64,000 nt of DNA from Terriglobia bacterium. Lineage in GTDB: Bacteria > Acidobacteriota > Terriglobia > Bryobacterales > Bryobacteraceae. The DNA is taken from positions 57,167-121,166 of the forward strand of contig CAVTSS010000009.1 of the NCBI GenBank assembly GCA_963737495.1, given 5' to 3'. Under the pieces are notes generated by a model, which did not search any database, had not been told where the DNA came from, and saw only the letters and a program-made list of their open reading frames with translations. The position numbers were made by a program, and so were the translations under genes. How positions within the stretch are numbered: position 1 is the stretch's first letter; every line of letters starts with the position of its first letter. Of the stretch, positions 50,055-61,439 are shown in pieces.

Positions 50055-52442
50055 ATGAAGGACGTCCGCTACGCGCTGCGCGGATTCCGCCGCTCCCCCG
50101 GATTCACGCTGATTGCGATTCTCTCGCTTGCCCTCGGCATCGGCGCAAATTCCGCGATCTTCAGCCTCGTCGACGCCTACTGGTTCCGTCCCCTCGCTGT
50201 TCCTGATCCAGGCCGCATCGTGCGCATCTTCGGCGTCACCAATCAGGACCGGCGCGCGCTGCTCTCGTATCCCGAATATCTCGATTTCAAGCTGGTTTTT
50301 CACGATGCGGTGATCATCGGCGGACGAGGCGCGACGCTCGTCGAGGGCGATACCCGCGAACTCCAGAATCTTTATGTGGTCTCGACTAATTTCTTTACAG
50401 TGCTGGGCCTAAAACCAGCGCTCGGCCGCGTGTTCAGTACACAGGACTCGCCCAACGAACAGGTAGTCGTCCTTGGCAACAGTATCTGGCAGCTGCACTA
50501 CGGATCGGACCCGTCGATCGTCGGCCGCCAGATCCACATTCAGCGTGCGAAAGATCTTCTGGTCACCGTCATCGGTGTGCTTCCCGAAACGTTCCGCGAT
50601 ATTGACCCCGCGAGCGATCGCGACCTTTGGTTTCCCGACACGATGTGGCCCGATCTCGGTGACGCCAAGGAACTGGTCACGCGGGATAACCGCTGGTTCC
50701 GCGTCCTCGCGCGGCTGTCGCCCAGGCTCAGCCTCGCATCCGCCAACGCGCAAGTGGAAGCCATCGCGCAGCGCATGGCCGAAACCTCCCCGTCCACCAA
50801 TCGCGACCGCCGCGCCACGGTCATCTCCGATTTCGATTATCGATTGGATCAGGCCGGCGCCAACGCCGTCGCGCTTCTGGCGATCGTCGCGCTGGTGGTG
50901 CTCATTTCGTCCGTCAACGTCGCCAATCTTCTGCTCTCACGAGCCGGCTTGCGCGGAACAGAAATGGCCATCCGCCTCGCAATCGGCGCCGGTCGGGCGC
51001 GTCTCATCCGTCAGCTCATGACCGAAAATTTCCTTCTCGGCCTCGCCGGACTCGCACTCGGCCTCGCCATCGGCGCCCTGATCACCTCCATCCTGCCGGC
51101 GTTGATCATCCAGCCGCCCGGTTTCTTCGTCCCCATCGATTTCAACTTCGATTCACGAGTCCTCAGCTTCAGCTTCGCCGTTTCGCTGGTCACTATTTTG
51201 TTTTTCGGCCTTGCCCCCGCATGGAAAAGCGCGCGTCCCGCCCTTCTGCCCGCTCTCAAAGGCGAAGCTGCCTTCGCGTCCACTACCCGCCGATGGCCGC
51301 TCCGCAACTGGCTCGCAGTTGCGCAGATCGGCGTTTCGCTCACTTTGGTTGCGAGCGCCGGTGTTCTCGCGCGCAGCTTTTTCAGCACCCGCACGGCCGA
51401 TCTCGGCTTTGGACGGAAGCCGCTACTGCTCGTTTGGCTCGCCTCCGATGACAAACCCGCGGTGTACCGCGACGTGATTTCGCATTTCCAATCGCTTCCT
51501 GGAGTCCGCAGCGTCGCCGCTGCCGTGCGCGCTCCCCTCAGCCTTTCGAGCAATGGAATGTTCCGGCGCGTCACCTTCCCCGGCCGCACTGAATTCGCCG
51601 GCAAGCCTCCCTTCGAAATCAAGTACAACTCTGTCACCGCGAATTTCCTGAGCACCATGGGCACGCCCATCCTGCGCGGGCGCGGTTTCGACAAATCCGA
51701 CGAAAATCCCGCCGCGACTTCCGTCCTCATCAATGAGCGCATGGCCCAGCAATTCTTCCCTGGCGAAGACCCGATCGGAAAGGCCGTCCATATCGGCAAG
51801 CGCGATCACACCATCATCGGCGTCGTTAAAAACGCACCCATCAACGCCGTCGGCGAGTCGTGGGAACCTTACGTGTATCTCTCCTACTGGGCGAATTTCG
51901 AATCCGAGGTCACTTTCCTGATCGAAACTGAAGGCGATCCGATCGCCCTCGCCCAAGCCGCCCGCCGCGAGCTCAAGGCCGTTGACCCGCTCCTCGATCC
52001 TTTAACCATTACCACCCAGAACGACCTCATCCGCTTCTCCGCGCAGCTCTACCAGATCACGGCCGAGCTCGCCGCTACCCTCGGCCTGCTCGGCCTGATC
52101 CTCACGGCCGTCGGACTCTACGGTGTGATTGCCTTCGGCGTCTCGCAGCGCACGCGCGAGCTGGGAATCCGCATGGCCTTGGGCGCTGATCGCGCCGACA
52201 CGCTCCGCCTGGTTCTACGCGAAGTCGCGATCCTGGGGATCGCCGGCCTAGCGCTCGGGATTCCGCTCGCCCTCACAGCAACACGGCTTCTCAGCTCGCT
52301 CCTGTTCGGCATCGGCCCGTGGGACCTGCCCGCATTCCTCGCAGCCGCACTCCTTTTAGCCGCCGTCCTTCTCGCCGCCGGTCTGCAGCCCGCATTGCGC
52401 GCTACCGGGATTCAACCATCCTCAGCTCTGCGCAGTACATAA
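50055..52442 (+). CDS. ADOP-family duplicated FtsX/MacB-type ABC transporter permease
   Basis: MKDVRYALRGFRRSPGFTLIAILSLALGIGANSAIFSLVDA is the typical N-terminus. Two FtsX-like 4-TM modules are present. Confidence 0.85.
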   Translation: MKDVRYALRGFRRSPGFTLIAILSLALGIGANSAIFSLVDAYWFRPLAVPDPGRIVRIFGVTNQDRRALLSYPEYLDFKLVFHDAVIIGGRGATLVEGDTRELQNLYVVSTNFFTVLGLKPALGRVFSTQDSPNEQVVVLGNSIWQLHYGSDPSIVGRQIHIQRAKDLLVTVIGVLPETFRDIDPASDRDLWFPDTMWPDLGDAKELVTRDNRWFRVLARLSPRLSLASANAQVEAIAQRMAETSPSTNRDRRATVISDFDYRLDQAGANAVALLAIVALVVLISSVNVANLLLSRAGLRGTEMAIRLAIGAGRARLIRQLMTENFLLGLAGLALGLAIGALITSILPALIIQPPGFFVPIDFNFDSRVLSFSFAVSLVTILFFGLAPAWKSARPALLPALKGEAAFASTTRRWPLRNWLAVAQIGVSLTLVASAGVLARSFFSTRTADLGFGRKPLLLVWLASDDKPAVYRDVISHFQSLPGVRSVAAAVRAPLSLSSNGMFRRVTFPGRTEFAGKPPFEIKYNSVTANFLSTMGTPILRGRGFDKSDENPAATSVLINERMAQQFFPGEDPIGKAVHIGKRDHTIIGVVKNAPINAVGESWEPYVYLSYWANFESEVTFLIETEGDPIALAQAARRELKAVDPLLDPLTITTQNDLIRFSAQLYQITAELAATLGLLGLILTAVGLYGVIAFGVSQRTRELGIRMALGADRADTLRLVLREVAILGIAGLALGIPLALTATRLLSSLLFGIGPWDLPAFLAAALLLAAVLLAAGLQPALRATGIQPSSALRST

Positions 52443-52513
52443 CATCAATCTCTCGCGCGTAGGCGACAGGATCACGTTTCGCGTGATCGGCAGATGGGGC
52501 TTGTCTTTTGACG

Positions 52514-52535
52514 CCTGATGTCCACCATTATCGAC
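52514..52535 (+). repeat. copy 3 of the 22-nt motif CCTGAYRT-N6-TTATCGRC
   Basis: CCTGATGTCCACCATTATCGAC. Confidence 0.7.
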
Positions 52536-52594
52536 AACAACCCGCTCATGGAGTCCGAACGAGTGGTTCTTGCGGTCATCACGATTCAGCACTA

Positions 52595-53718
52595 GTGGCC
52601 TGTCGCAGCGAGTTCGTTAGCATGGCTGGATTCTCCGCCGAACATCGTTGTATTTCCATTTGAAGGGGCGGGCGGTTTTCGAGTAGGCGCGAATGTAGCG
52701 GATGAGTTTTCGTGCGAGATCGCGGACCGAAGTGAAAATGCCGCGAGCGATGACTTCGCGCTCCAGCCTTGCGAACCAGATCTCGACCTGATTGAGCCAG
52801 GAAGAATAGGTGGGCGTGAAGTGAAGCTTCACGTTGGCGTTTCGCTCCAGGAACTCTTCGACCTGGTTGGTCTTGTGTGCGGACAGATTATCCAGAATGA
52901 TGTGGATCTCCTGGCCCGGCTTGCAGCCGGAGACGACTTGTTCCAGGAAACCGACGAACTCCGTGCTGGTATGCCGCTCGGCGGTCTTGCCCTGCACCTT
53001 TCCGGTCTTTACATCGAGCGCCGCGTACAGCGACAACGTGCCATTGCGTCGATATTCAAAGCCGTGCCGTTCCAGCCGTCCGGGCGACAACGGAAGCACC
53101 GGATCGAGGCGGTCCAGGGCCTGAATCGCAGTTTTCTCATCCACGCAAAACACAGCCGCATGCTGCGGCGGAGTCAAGTACAGTCCGATCACGTCGGCCG
53201 CCTTGGTCTCGAAATCCGGATCGTCACTGGCCATATAACGTTCCAGTCGATGGGGACGCACATCGGCTTGGGCCAGAATCCGTTGAATGGTATCTTTGCT
53301 GACGCGGAAGCGGCTCGCCAGTTTTCGGCACGACCAGTGCGTGGAACCGTCTTTCGGTCCTTCTTTGATCGCGGCCAGCACCTTGGCCTGCAGTTTCGGC
53401 GTCCTCACCGAGGGCTTCTGGCCGGGATGTCGTTCCTCCATCAGCCCCGCGATGCGATGTTGCCGAAACCGTTCCTTCCACCGCGCAATCGTAGGGGCTG
53501 TGGTGTCCAAAAGCTCCTGAATCTTCTGATAAGAAACGCCGTCGGCGAGCAGCAGAATCATGCGCGCTCTGAGAACATCGCCCGCCGGTAGCATCCGCGA
53601 TTGCGTCATCTGCTGGAGTTCTCGCCGCTCATCTTCGATCAACATCAAAGGCTCGGCACCAAAGGGCATACTTCTAAGGCGCCGGCCCAATGCTAATAGT
53701 TACTCAGAGACGGGCCAC
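52595..53718 (-). mobile_element. IS630-family insertion sequence (1124 bp) with TA target duplication in a CTAG site
   Basis: Left end c-TA-GTGGCCTGTCGCAG..., right end ...GAGACGGGCCAC-TA-g. The imperfect terminal inverted repeats begin GTGGCC.GTC. Confidence 0.8.
52617..53690 (-). CDS. IS630 family transposase
   Basis: HTH N-terminus (LSYQKIQELLDTTAPTIARWKERF) and DDE domain (VFCVDEKTAIQALDR...ILDNLSAHKT...FTPTYSSWLNQVEIWF). The likely true start is ATG 53669. Confidence 0.9.
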   Translation of the reverse strand: MGRRLRSMPFGAEPLMLIEDERRELQQMTQSRMLPAGDVLRARMILLLADGVSYQKIQELLDTTAPTIARWKERFRQHRIAGLMEERHPGQKPSVRTPKLQAKVLAAIKEGPKDGSTHWSCRKLASRFRVSKDTIQRILAQADVRPHRLERYMASDDPDFETKAADVIGLYLTPPQHAAVFCVDEKTAIQALDRLDPVLPLSPGRLERHGFEYRRNGTLSLYAALDVKTGKVQGKTAERHTSTEFVGFLEQVVSGCKPGQEIHIILDNLSAHKTNQVEEFLERNANVKLHFTPTYSSWLNQVEIWFARLEREVIARGIFTSVRDLARKLIRYIRAYSKTARPFKWKYNDVRRRIQPC

Positions 53719-53757
53719 TAGGTGATCCGAAGCCGGGCTGGCGGCGCCACCGCACTC

Positions 53758-55740
53758 CTACTGGTGGACCGTGATCACATCGTTCGATGGAGTCGAGGCG
53801 CCGTTGTAGGCGCAGACGATCGGGAGGTCGCCGTTCGGACTCCCAAGCGGGATCGTCAGGTTGAATTGATACAGGCCCGGGCTGATCAATCCGGCGAACG
53901 CGACTGCTGCAGTACTCCCGCCGACCTGGCATTGAGGTAGAGTCGGCAATGCTCCTGATTGGCTCGACGATCCGTTGGTCAACAAATTTGCCGGGAGGCC
54001 GAAGCCGACGCCATAAACCACCACGCTCTCTCCGGGTTTTGCTGGAGTCGAGAGTCCCGGGTAGAGGCTCAGCGGACCGAGCAGGCTTCCGTCGACATGC
54101 GTCGCGACCACATAACCCGCGGGACTGAACAGCAGGAACGCGGGCGAGATCGCGTTCATATTCGCTGTGAATGGTCCGCTGGAAACTCCTTGATTGTTGA
54201 CCACGATCTGGATCTGGCCGGTGGTCGAATCGAGAGGACTCAGAACATTGATCTGATCGCTGGTACAGACAGTGCTGGTGACAGCGCTGCAATAGAAATA
54301 AATGAATGCGGGTTTACCGTTGACGGTGACGCTCACGTTAGCGATCTTGACCGGCAACATGCCGGAGGCGAAATCCGAAGCATTGCTCCAATCGACTCCA
54401 GCGGCGGGCGCGTTCGCGGGCACCAGATTATTGCCTTTGATGACGATCCAGCTGTTCTGCGCAATGTCGGTGCCGCCGTTCGCTGTTGTGACGGAACTGA
54501 TCGACGGACCCGCCCCGATCAACACCTGGGAGCCGATCCCTGCTAAGTCCACTGCGAGGGAGCCGGATTTATCAAGCAGAACGATCATGCGCGTGAGCGG
54601 CGCGCTAGTGTAGCCGACCCAGGTATTGAACGGTCCGTTGGCGCCGTCCTTCCACCTCTCGAGTTCGCCGGTGACAAGCGTGACGGTCTGCCATCCGAGT
54701 TCCTGACCCCCGCCTGGATACTGTTCATAGTTGTGATGGATCACCGGCAGGGCACTGAGGAGCGAGGTGCTGGTCGTATTTCCGTAGGCATTGTAGGAAA
54801 CGAACTGGAGGAGATCCTGAGCTGTGGAGAAGAGTCCTCCAGCGGGATTCCCCACCGGAAGCCAATCGAGAAGCTGGCAATTGACGTTGGTATTGCGTGT
54901 GGCCGGATCGCAATGGCTCGCGGCGCGAGCGACCTGCGACGCCGTGAACGATTCGAGCGGAACCGTATCCGGCATACCGAGTGGTTGGGTGATCTCCTGA
55001 AGATTCGCCTGGTTCCAGTTCGGATAGCCGAGCCAACTGGCGACCTCATCGCCGAGGACCTCGAATCCCAGATTCGAATAGACCCAGCCCGCTGCCCCCT
55101 GGGTCGGCGGGTGAGTCGGGCAGGAATAGACCGGATTCGCCCCGCCGGTTCCGCAGGTGGGTTGCAGGCCAAGCAGGGACATGTATACCGGATCGCAGCA
55201 GCCACAATCGTGAATGAGTTCTGGCGTGGCTGGATCGCACGTGATCGGGTCGGCTGCGTAGTCAGCATAAAGATCGCCGAGTGAATTGAAAAGATGACCT
55301 TCGTTCTTGGGCAGCCCGCCATGGTGATCGGCCAGGTCCAGAAGGCGGATCGCGGCACGATTCGCGGCCGCCGGAATCGGGTCCTGCACAGGCAGAAGGC
55401 TGCTGGCGAGCGTATCCAGCCCAAGTCCTTTGGTATTGGCGATTCCGAACAATGTCGCGGCGAAAAGCTTGGTGAGCGAGCCGATGCCAAAAAGCGTTCT
55501 TTCGTTCAGGGGCACCGTTCCATCGACAGTCGCTTTTCCATATGATTTGTAGACCGGTCCGAGATCGTCGAGATAGCCGACCTCGATTGCACCGTATCCG
55601 GACGGCAACTGAGATGGATTGACGATCTGATCGATAAGCTGCGAGATGTAATTCGCGCGATCCTGTTGCGGTTGGGCGTCCAGGAGCGAGACCAGGGCAA
55701 GCCCGGCCGTCAGCAAAGTGAGAGAGCGCGCTCCGGTCAT
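53758..55740 (-). CDS. serine hydrolase (beta-lactamase family) with C-terminal TIGR03437-type domain
   Basis: Signal peptide MTGARSLTLLTAGLALVSLL, SxxK motif (FGIGSLTKLF), and C-terminal ...AFAGLISPGLYQFNLTIP... typical of the Solibacter C-terminal domain. Confidence 0.8.
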   Translation of the reverse strand: MTGARSLTLLTAGLALVSLLDAQPQQDRANYISQLIDQIVNPSQLPSGYGAIEVGYLDDLGPVYKSYGKATVDGTVPLNERTLFGIGSLTKLFAATLFGIANTKGLGLDTLASSLLPVQDPIPAAANRAAIRLLDLADHHGGLPKNEGHLFNSLGDLYADYAADPITCDPATPELIHDCGCCDPVYMSLLGLQPTCGTGGANPVYSCPTHPPTQGAAGWVYSNLGFEVLGDEVASWLGYPNWNQANLQEITQPLGMPDTVPLESFTASQVARAASHCDPATRNTNVNCQLLDWLPVGNPAGGLFSTAQDLLQFVSYNAYGNTTSTSLLSALPVIHHNYEQYPGGGQELGWQTVTLVTGELERWKDGANGPFNTWVGYTSAPLTRMIVLLDKSGSLAVDLAGIGSQVLIGAGPSISSVTTANGGTDIAQNSWIVIKGNNLVPANAPAAGVDWSNASDFASGMLPVKIANVSVTVNGKPAFIYFYCSAVTSTVCTSDQINVLSPLDSTTGQIQIVVNNQGVSSGPFTANMNAISPAFLLFSPAGYVVATHVDGSLLGPLSLYPGLSTPAKPGESVVVYGVGFGLPANLLTNGSSSQSGALPTLPQCQVGGSTAAVAFAGLISPGLYQFNLTIPLGSPNGDLPIVCAYNGASTPSNDVITVHQ

Positions 55741-55846
55741 TCTGGGACCTACTGATATGAAATCACACCTGCGGATCGTCCGCGCGGCACACTTTTCACA
55801 CCTACACCGCACAGCGCGTGCCCGTCGCCGACCGTCCTCTTTGTCG

Positions 55847-55868
55847 CCTGATGTGGGACATTATCGAC
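55847..55868 (+). repeat. copy 4 of the 22-nt motif CCTGAYRT-N6-TTATCGRC
   Basis: CCTGATGTGGGACATTATCGAC. Confidence 0.7.
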
Positions 55869-56059
55869 CGGCTTCCTGAATCCTTTCCAGGTTCGGACTC
55901 GGCGAACGATGCGCTACACTGGGCGCTAATCGCGATTGCCGGACCGGGCCTAACCTGGAAGGTGCGTTCCACGGACGGGCGGCCAAGTAGCCGCATACTC
56001 CCGATGCTGGCGATTCGTTTCGGCCTGGCGTTACCTCGCCACCTTCGCGTATACAGACC

Positions 56060-58877
56060 TTACGGAGCGATCGTGAAGGGCAGCGTGAACTGAAGTGAGC
56101 CGTTGCGAAACAGCTTCACTTGCCAGTTGCCAGGATCTTGCGCAGCCTCGCTCCCGGCGAGGACCAGCGGTGCGGCCGCGCAGCCGCTGCCGCTGTTACC
56201 GAGGGTCAGCGAAGGTTGCGACGGGTCCACTTGCCCCGAAGGATGAAGCCAGTTCGCCGTCAACACATCACCCGCGCGCGCGCCGGTGTAGGTGAAATAC
56301 AGCCAAACGATGGGAGCCGTCGATTGAAACGACGACTGCGCGGGCGGCGCCAAGCAAGCCAACTCGCCAATGCTCGCGGTGTTGACCGAGCCGGCCAGCT
56401 CCTCCGAAGTGATCGAGAACGCGGAGCCTGCGGCCACAGCAATGGTTACGCCGGATTGGCTCATGCCGCTGCCGACTTGCACAACCACTGGCACCGCACT
56501 GCCGCTCGCCGCTGGCGGGATCACCGCGGTGATCTGCATGATTCCCGACACCTCACCAAACGCCGCATTCGCCGATTGCACAACGGCCGCCACGCCTCCG
56601 ATCGTCACGGTTACTGGAGCCACCGGCAGCGAGAGCGGAACGGTCGCGAATGATCCGTCTACGCTCGCGGGAAACGTCTGACCTGCTCCGGTGGCTTCGA
56701 AAGTGATGGTGCTGCCAGCAGCCGCCGGCGCGGCGGCGGAGTTCGGGGTGCGGCCGTCGGCATTGACCGCTGCGGCTTGGCCGACCCCCTCCCCATTCGC
56801 GGTAAACACGCCCGGGGTCGATGCGGCGATGTTGACTGTTACGGGCGCTGACGTTTTTCCCTGATAAGTGACCGTGACCTGCGCCGTCGACCCAGTAATT
56901 TCGTAGGGCACCATCGCAGTGATCGTGGTGGACGTGGTGGAGACCAGCGGCGCAGCGATTCCGTTGAACTGAACGCTAAGCAAAGCATTGGTGGTGAACT
57001 GTGAGCTGATGAGACCCGAGGCCAGCGCAAACCCGGAAGGCTGCGCGGGGGCCAGCCCTGTACCCGAAATCACCACCATTTCACCAGGTGACACCGTGCC
57101 CGCGACGAGGCTGGCGGCGTTGGCTACCAACCTAATGACGGGCGTTTCGCCCGCGGCAGTCGCCGCGGTCCAACCAGTGACGAGATTATAAGTGTCGATC
57201 GATCCGAGGCCGGTGGCCAGGTCGTATCCGATGCCTGCGTCATAGCCTAGACTGCCGTTCACGCAGTTCGACGTTCCGGCGGCGCATGGCACGATGTTGT
57301 TGTTGTTAACCACATCGTGAAACATGGAGGGCGAACTCAGCGCCAACCCGTAGATGCTGGCGTTGATGTTGCCCGCCCCATTCTGCTTCAACGCCTGGTT
57401 CAATAGAGCAAGCATGCCGGCGAAGACGGGGGTAGCGGCTGATGTGCCTCCAATCTGCATGGTTTGGCCGGAGGTAATGATGTTATAGGGATCGTGCCCG
57501 TTTGACGCCGCGAAGGCCAGATCCGGGACATCCCGCTGGCCGTCCGCCGGAACGCCGGGTCCGACTTGCCAGGCGGGCTTGGCGTAGAGGCTGCTGACGC
57601 CGCCGCCAGTCGCTGCGAGTCCAGGACCTGTTTCGACCGCAAACCAAGGGAAGGTGTCGTTCCAGGCCATCTCCGGAATGTAACTCAGCGCCGAGCCGCC
57701 GTTCGTGCCGTTTTTCGAGCTCGAATAAACACCGTTCCCCTCGTTGAATTCCGTGCCTCCGACCGCTGTGACTTCGGGTACACTGGCCGGAAAGTTGACG
57801 GCCAAGCCATACTGTGCAGCCGGTTGTCCCGAAAGATCGCACCCTGCCGCTCCAGAATCGCCGCTGGCCGCGATCCAAGTGATGCCAAGCGCGTTCGCTT
57901 TCTTGGCTTCCGCTTCGTATTGAGAAATGGCGGAGGGAAGGACGCCGGCTTCGCAGCGGCCGAAGCTCTCGCTGATGATCGGAGCCAGCTTTTGATCGAT
58001 GGCATAAAACGCGGAACTGTCGGCGTCGTTGCTGTAGACAAAGATCAAAGCGGCATTCGGTGCGATGGCGCCGGCCCACTCCAGATCGAGATCGGCCTCA
58101 ATGAGGTCGTCCGGGTCGGTGCCCGGACTTCCGTTCGATATTAACGTGATTAGCGGCGCCGGCAACCCGAAGTTCGTTCGAAACTGCTGGATGTCGGAAA
58201 TGTCCACGGCGGACTGCCCCAACGATGGCAATCTTCTGGCCGGTGCCGTTGATTCCCTGGCCGTAGAGTGGGTTGACGTTATAGATAGTCGCGAGGTCGG
58301 CGGGGGCCAGCGAGTATGCACCATTGGAAACGTAGGCGGGCTTGGCCATGGACCTTGGATGGAAGTCGTTCAGGCCCAGGATCGAGCCGACCAGCGGCGT
58401 GAACTCGGGCGGGAGCACCGGCTCGGTGGACGCCGCGTAGTGTTGTTCGCTTCCGACTCGATAGCGGCGCACGGAGGTGTGAAAGGCGGCCTCGACTTGC
58501 GCGGCGTTACCGCTGAAGGTGATCCAGTCGCGGCCGCGAGCCGTAGACTCGATGGTAAATCCAGATGATTTGAGCCATGCCGTGACTCGCTGAAGATCGG
58601 TAACGCCTAATCCGAAGCGATCGGCATATTGTTCCGGGGTTAGCCATTGGTGGTAACTCGAAGACGCGGGGTCGCGTTGCGCGGCCAGCAACTGGTCAAG
58701 CTCCGCTCGCTGGGCGGCGGTCTGCTGGAACATCCATTGGATGTACCCAAGCCGAAGATTCGAATCGGCCGGCCCTTGATCGTAACGAGGCTGCGCCAGC
58801 GGATGGACGTCTTGGCCGGAAAGCATACCGGCGAAGACCCCCAGAAGCGCGGCAAATGGGCCAAATCGCAATCGCAT
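56060..58877 (-). pseudogene. S53 (sedolisin/kumamolisin-like) peptidase with TIGR03437-type C-terminal repeats; frameshift in the C4 run 58217-58220
   Basis: Pro-domain ORF 58098..59090 ends ...GINGTGQKIAIVG. The peptidase continues in ORF 56060..58324 as QSAVDISDIQQFRTNFGLP...GGTSAATP. One extra G in the coding-strand gttGGGGcag separates them. Start taken at MRLRFGPFAALLGVFAG (58877). Confidence 0.8.
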
Positions 58878-59511
58878 GCCAGGTAGATCGACAGATCGGC
58901 AGGGAATATTTAGGACGGATGCTGTTGCCCAAGCCAGAGGATAACAACAGTACCGCCAATGCTCACCTACCCCGACTCCGTGCGCTCCCTCGACAGACCG
59001 GGCAACGAAATCAAAACAGTCAAGCTCGGATTCGATCGCATCCGGAGCGTCCTTCCTGCGCTTCGCGATCGTCAAAACGGGAAAAAGCACTTATCGATGG
59101 CAAATCGGCGTCAAATCAGGCACACCGAGATAATCGCTCCCGTTTTGCGTCACGAGAGGCGCGCCAGATAAATTTACATTATCGTCCGCTCGCTGTTTGC
59201 TGCCGCAACCGGACGAGCATGACCAAGTAGGAGAGTCGGTCCCGGGTCCACCCGCCCAGCCAGCAAACACGCCAATCGTCGAAGCGAGAGCCAAGCGTTA
59301 CCGGCGTGCGAAGTCGCAAGAATTTTGTTTCGAGCCGCATCGTGCTGACCGCTGGTAGGGTCACCACATTCATTGATCGGGCGAAACGAAACGTCAAGTT
59401 ACCCCTTGGCCTCTCGGAATCCCGCAGGCTATTCGAGATTTCGCTTGCATTCTGGGCAGAACGGAGTGATCGATGTCGTGACGCGGTAATCACCGCCCAA
59501 AGGAGAAAAAC

Positions 59512-59901
59512 ATGACATCGATTACAGAACAAACCGAGACCACGCAAACGGCGGCGAACGGTGCGGCGGCCAAGCCCGCCAAGAAGGCCAGCGTTGGCGC
59601 ACGTCGCGCGCACGTCGCGCCGTCCAAGGGGAAGTCGGGCAAGAAGGCCACTCCGGCTAAGAAAGCGCCCAAAAGCGCGAAGAAAGCCACCGGCTCCCGC
59701 GACGGCAGCAAGGCCGCCAAGATCCTCGATCTGCTGAAGCGGCCGGGCGGAGCTACATCCAAGGAATTGCAGAAGGCCACCGGGTGGCAGCCGCATTCAG
59801 TCCGGGGGTTCCTGTCCGGGACCGTCGGCAAGAAAATGGGACTGACCGTTACGTCGACGAAGGGGGAAGACGGCGAACGCAGCTACTCCGTGAAAACTTG
59901 A
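59512..59901 (+). CDS. DUF3489 domain protein
   Basis: Lys/Ala-rich N-terminus, then SKAAKILDLLKRPGGATSKELQKATGWQPHSVRGFLSGTVGKKMGL. AGGAG RBS. Confidence 0.8.
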   Translation: MTSITEQTETTQTAANGAAAKPAKKASVGARRAHVAPSKGKSGKKATPAKKAPKSAKKATGSRDGSKAAKILDLLKRPGGATSKELQKATGWQPHSVRGFLSGTVGKKMGLTVTSTKGEDGERSYSVKT

Positions 59902-60014
59902 TCTGTATCACCGCCGTTCTCAATCGCGCCGTCGGAGCTACAAAGCCCGGCGGCGTTATTGCTTCTGGGGAGCCGACTCGATAACTTCTAGCCGCAGTCC
60001 GATTCGCCATGCGC

Positions 60015-61439
60015 TCAAAACTGCGAAATCGTCACGCGATCGCTGAAGACAACCGTCTCCTCCCGTAACACGACTTTGAGGAACGCCATCACCAGCGCTT
60101 CAGCGCGGTCCGGCGACGACTGCCCCCGCTTCCTCGCCTCTTCCTTGGTCTCAATCTCGGTACGGCCTGAAGACGTTGGCCGATAAAGGATCGCGGAGAG
60201 CTGCGCTTCGGTTTCGAGATCGTTCAATCCGCTGATCGCACCCTTCTCCATGTGCTCGCGCAATTGCCAGTACGCTTCTGCTTTCAAGTTTGTAAAACGT
60301 TCCGTGTCAATCGGTCGGTGGCCCGCGTTGAACTGCACCACGGGAAACCCGAGATCCGCCAAATGCAGGGCGAAGTTGTAGCCGATTCCAATAACGTCGA
60401 CGACTACCCACTGCAGTCTTCCGGTTCGGTTCCACCGAGACAGTACTTGAACGACACGCCCCCGCGGATCGGCTTCAGCGAAAGCGTGCGTCTCCAAGAC
60501 AACGCCGCCGCCACGCACCACGACCACGGTTTCGTCTTCGCCTGGACCAGCGACATCGATGCCTATCTGTATCCGAGCCGTTTTCAATAGTTCGGTTTCC
60601 TGCGGGGTGGGATCGCGCTTCGCTCGTTCAATGAGTTCCAGGCTGAAGACGCAGTATGCGGATTGAGTCGGAAACTCGCCAAGCACACGGGCGCAGAACA
60701 TCGGGTGCTTCTGCCCCCAGGCCAGCGCCCGCTCCCTGACCCATCGGCGAGTCACCAAGTACGGGGCCGGAGCGTGCGCGAGCTCCTCATCACTCATTGC
60801 CAGGAGCTGCTCCATCGTCACGCCAACGAGATTCGGCGTATCGAAGGCGCTTATGGTGAACGTGTCCCAAATTGCCCGCCCGCGGCCGAAAGCGTTGAAG
60901 AAATAGCCACTCGGGATAACGGGGTTACCGAGCATGAGCACGTGGACATCGCCGCCGGCGCGAACGCCTTCGATCGCGTCCCAGATGTCCGCGCGGATTC
61001 CCGGCGCCTCATCCGCGATGATCAGGATGTTACGCCCGTGGATTCCCTGGAACTTCACAGCCTCGTTCGTCGAGATGCCCTGGATGTAATTCGAGTCCGT
61101 GATGCGCAATTCGGTCGCACTCGGCTCTGGGAACGCGATTCGGGATCGTCTTCGAGCCAGGCGGATTTCATCCCACATCAGCCGAACCTGACGCCAGCCG
61201 GGAGCGGTGTTGATGACCTTTCCCTCCGGGAACCGTATCAACCACCACAGGGCGAGCCTGGCGGCCTGATACGTCTTTCCGCTCGCGTGGCAAGCTTTGA
61301 CCGCAACCAGAGGCCTCGTCGCCACCGCGCGCATGATGTCGCGCTGGCGCCGCCACAAGTCGGAGCCGAGAATATCGCTCGCGAAGTGCACTGGGTCAGT
61401 AAGCGAAGTGGGTGCTTCACTTTTTGATGGGCTTTTCAT
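60015..61439 (-). CDS. phage terminase large subunit-like protein
   Basis: VKACHASGKTYQAARLALWW (Walker A-like), ILIIADEAPGI (Walker B), and a C-terminal nuclease-like domain. The start (61439, 61445 or 61469) is uncertain. Confidence 0.75.
   Translation of the reverse strand: MKSPSKSEAPTSLTDPVHFASDILGSDLWRRQRDIMRAVATRPLVAVKACHASGKTYQAARLALWWLIRFPEGKVINTAPGWRQVRLMWDEIRLARRRSRIAFPEPSATELRITDSNYIQGISTNEAVKFQGIHGRNILIIADEAPGIRADIWDAIEGVRAGGDVHVLMLGNPVIPSGYFFNAFGRGRAIWDTFTISAFDTPNLVGVTMEQLLAMSDEELAHAPAPYLVTRRWVRERALAWGQKHPMFCARVLGEFPTQSAYCVFSLELIERAKRDPTPQETELLKTARIQIGIDVAGPGEDETVVVVRGGGVVLETHAFAEADPRGRVVQVLSRWNRTGRLQWVVVDVIGIGYNFALHLADLGFPVVQFNAGHRPIDTERFTNLKAEAYWQLREHMEKGAISGLNDLETEAQLSAILYRPTSSGRTEIETKEEARKRGQSSPDRAEALVMAFLKVVLREETVVFSDRVTISQF

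Noticed and set aside
55845-55868. Reading the CATTATCG motif family as XerC/D dif-like sites.
   Set aside because: The dif architecture needs inverted 11-bp arms (..ATAA-N6-TTAT..). Here the half-sites GATAA and ACATC are not inverted repeats, and one copy (22286) breaks even the short ATGT/ACAT symmetry.
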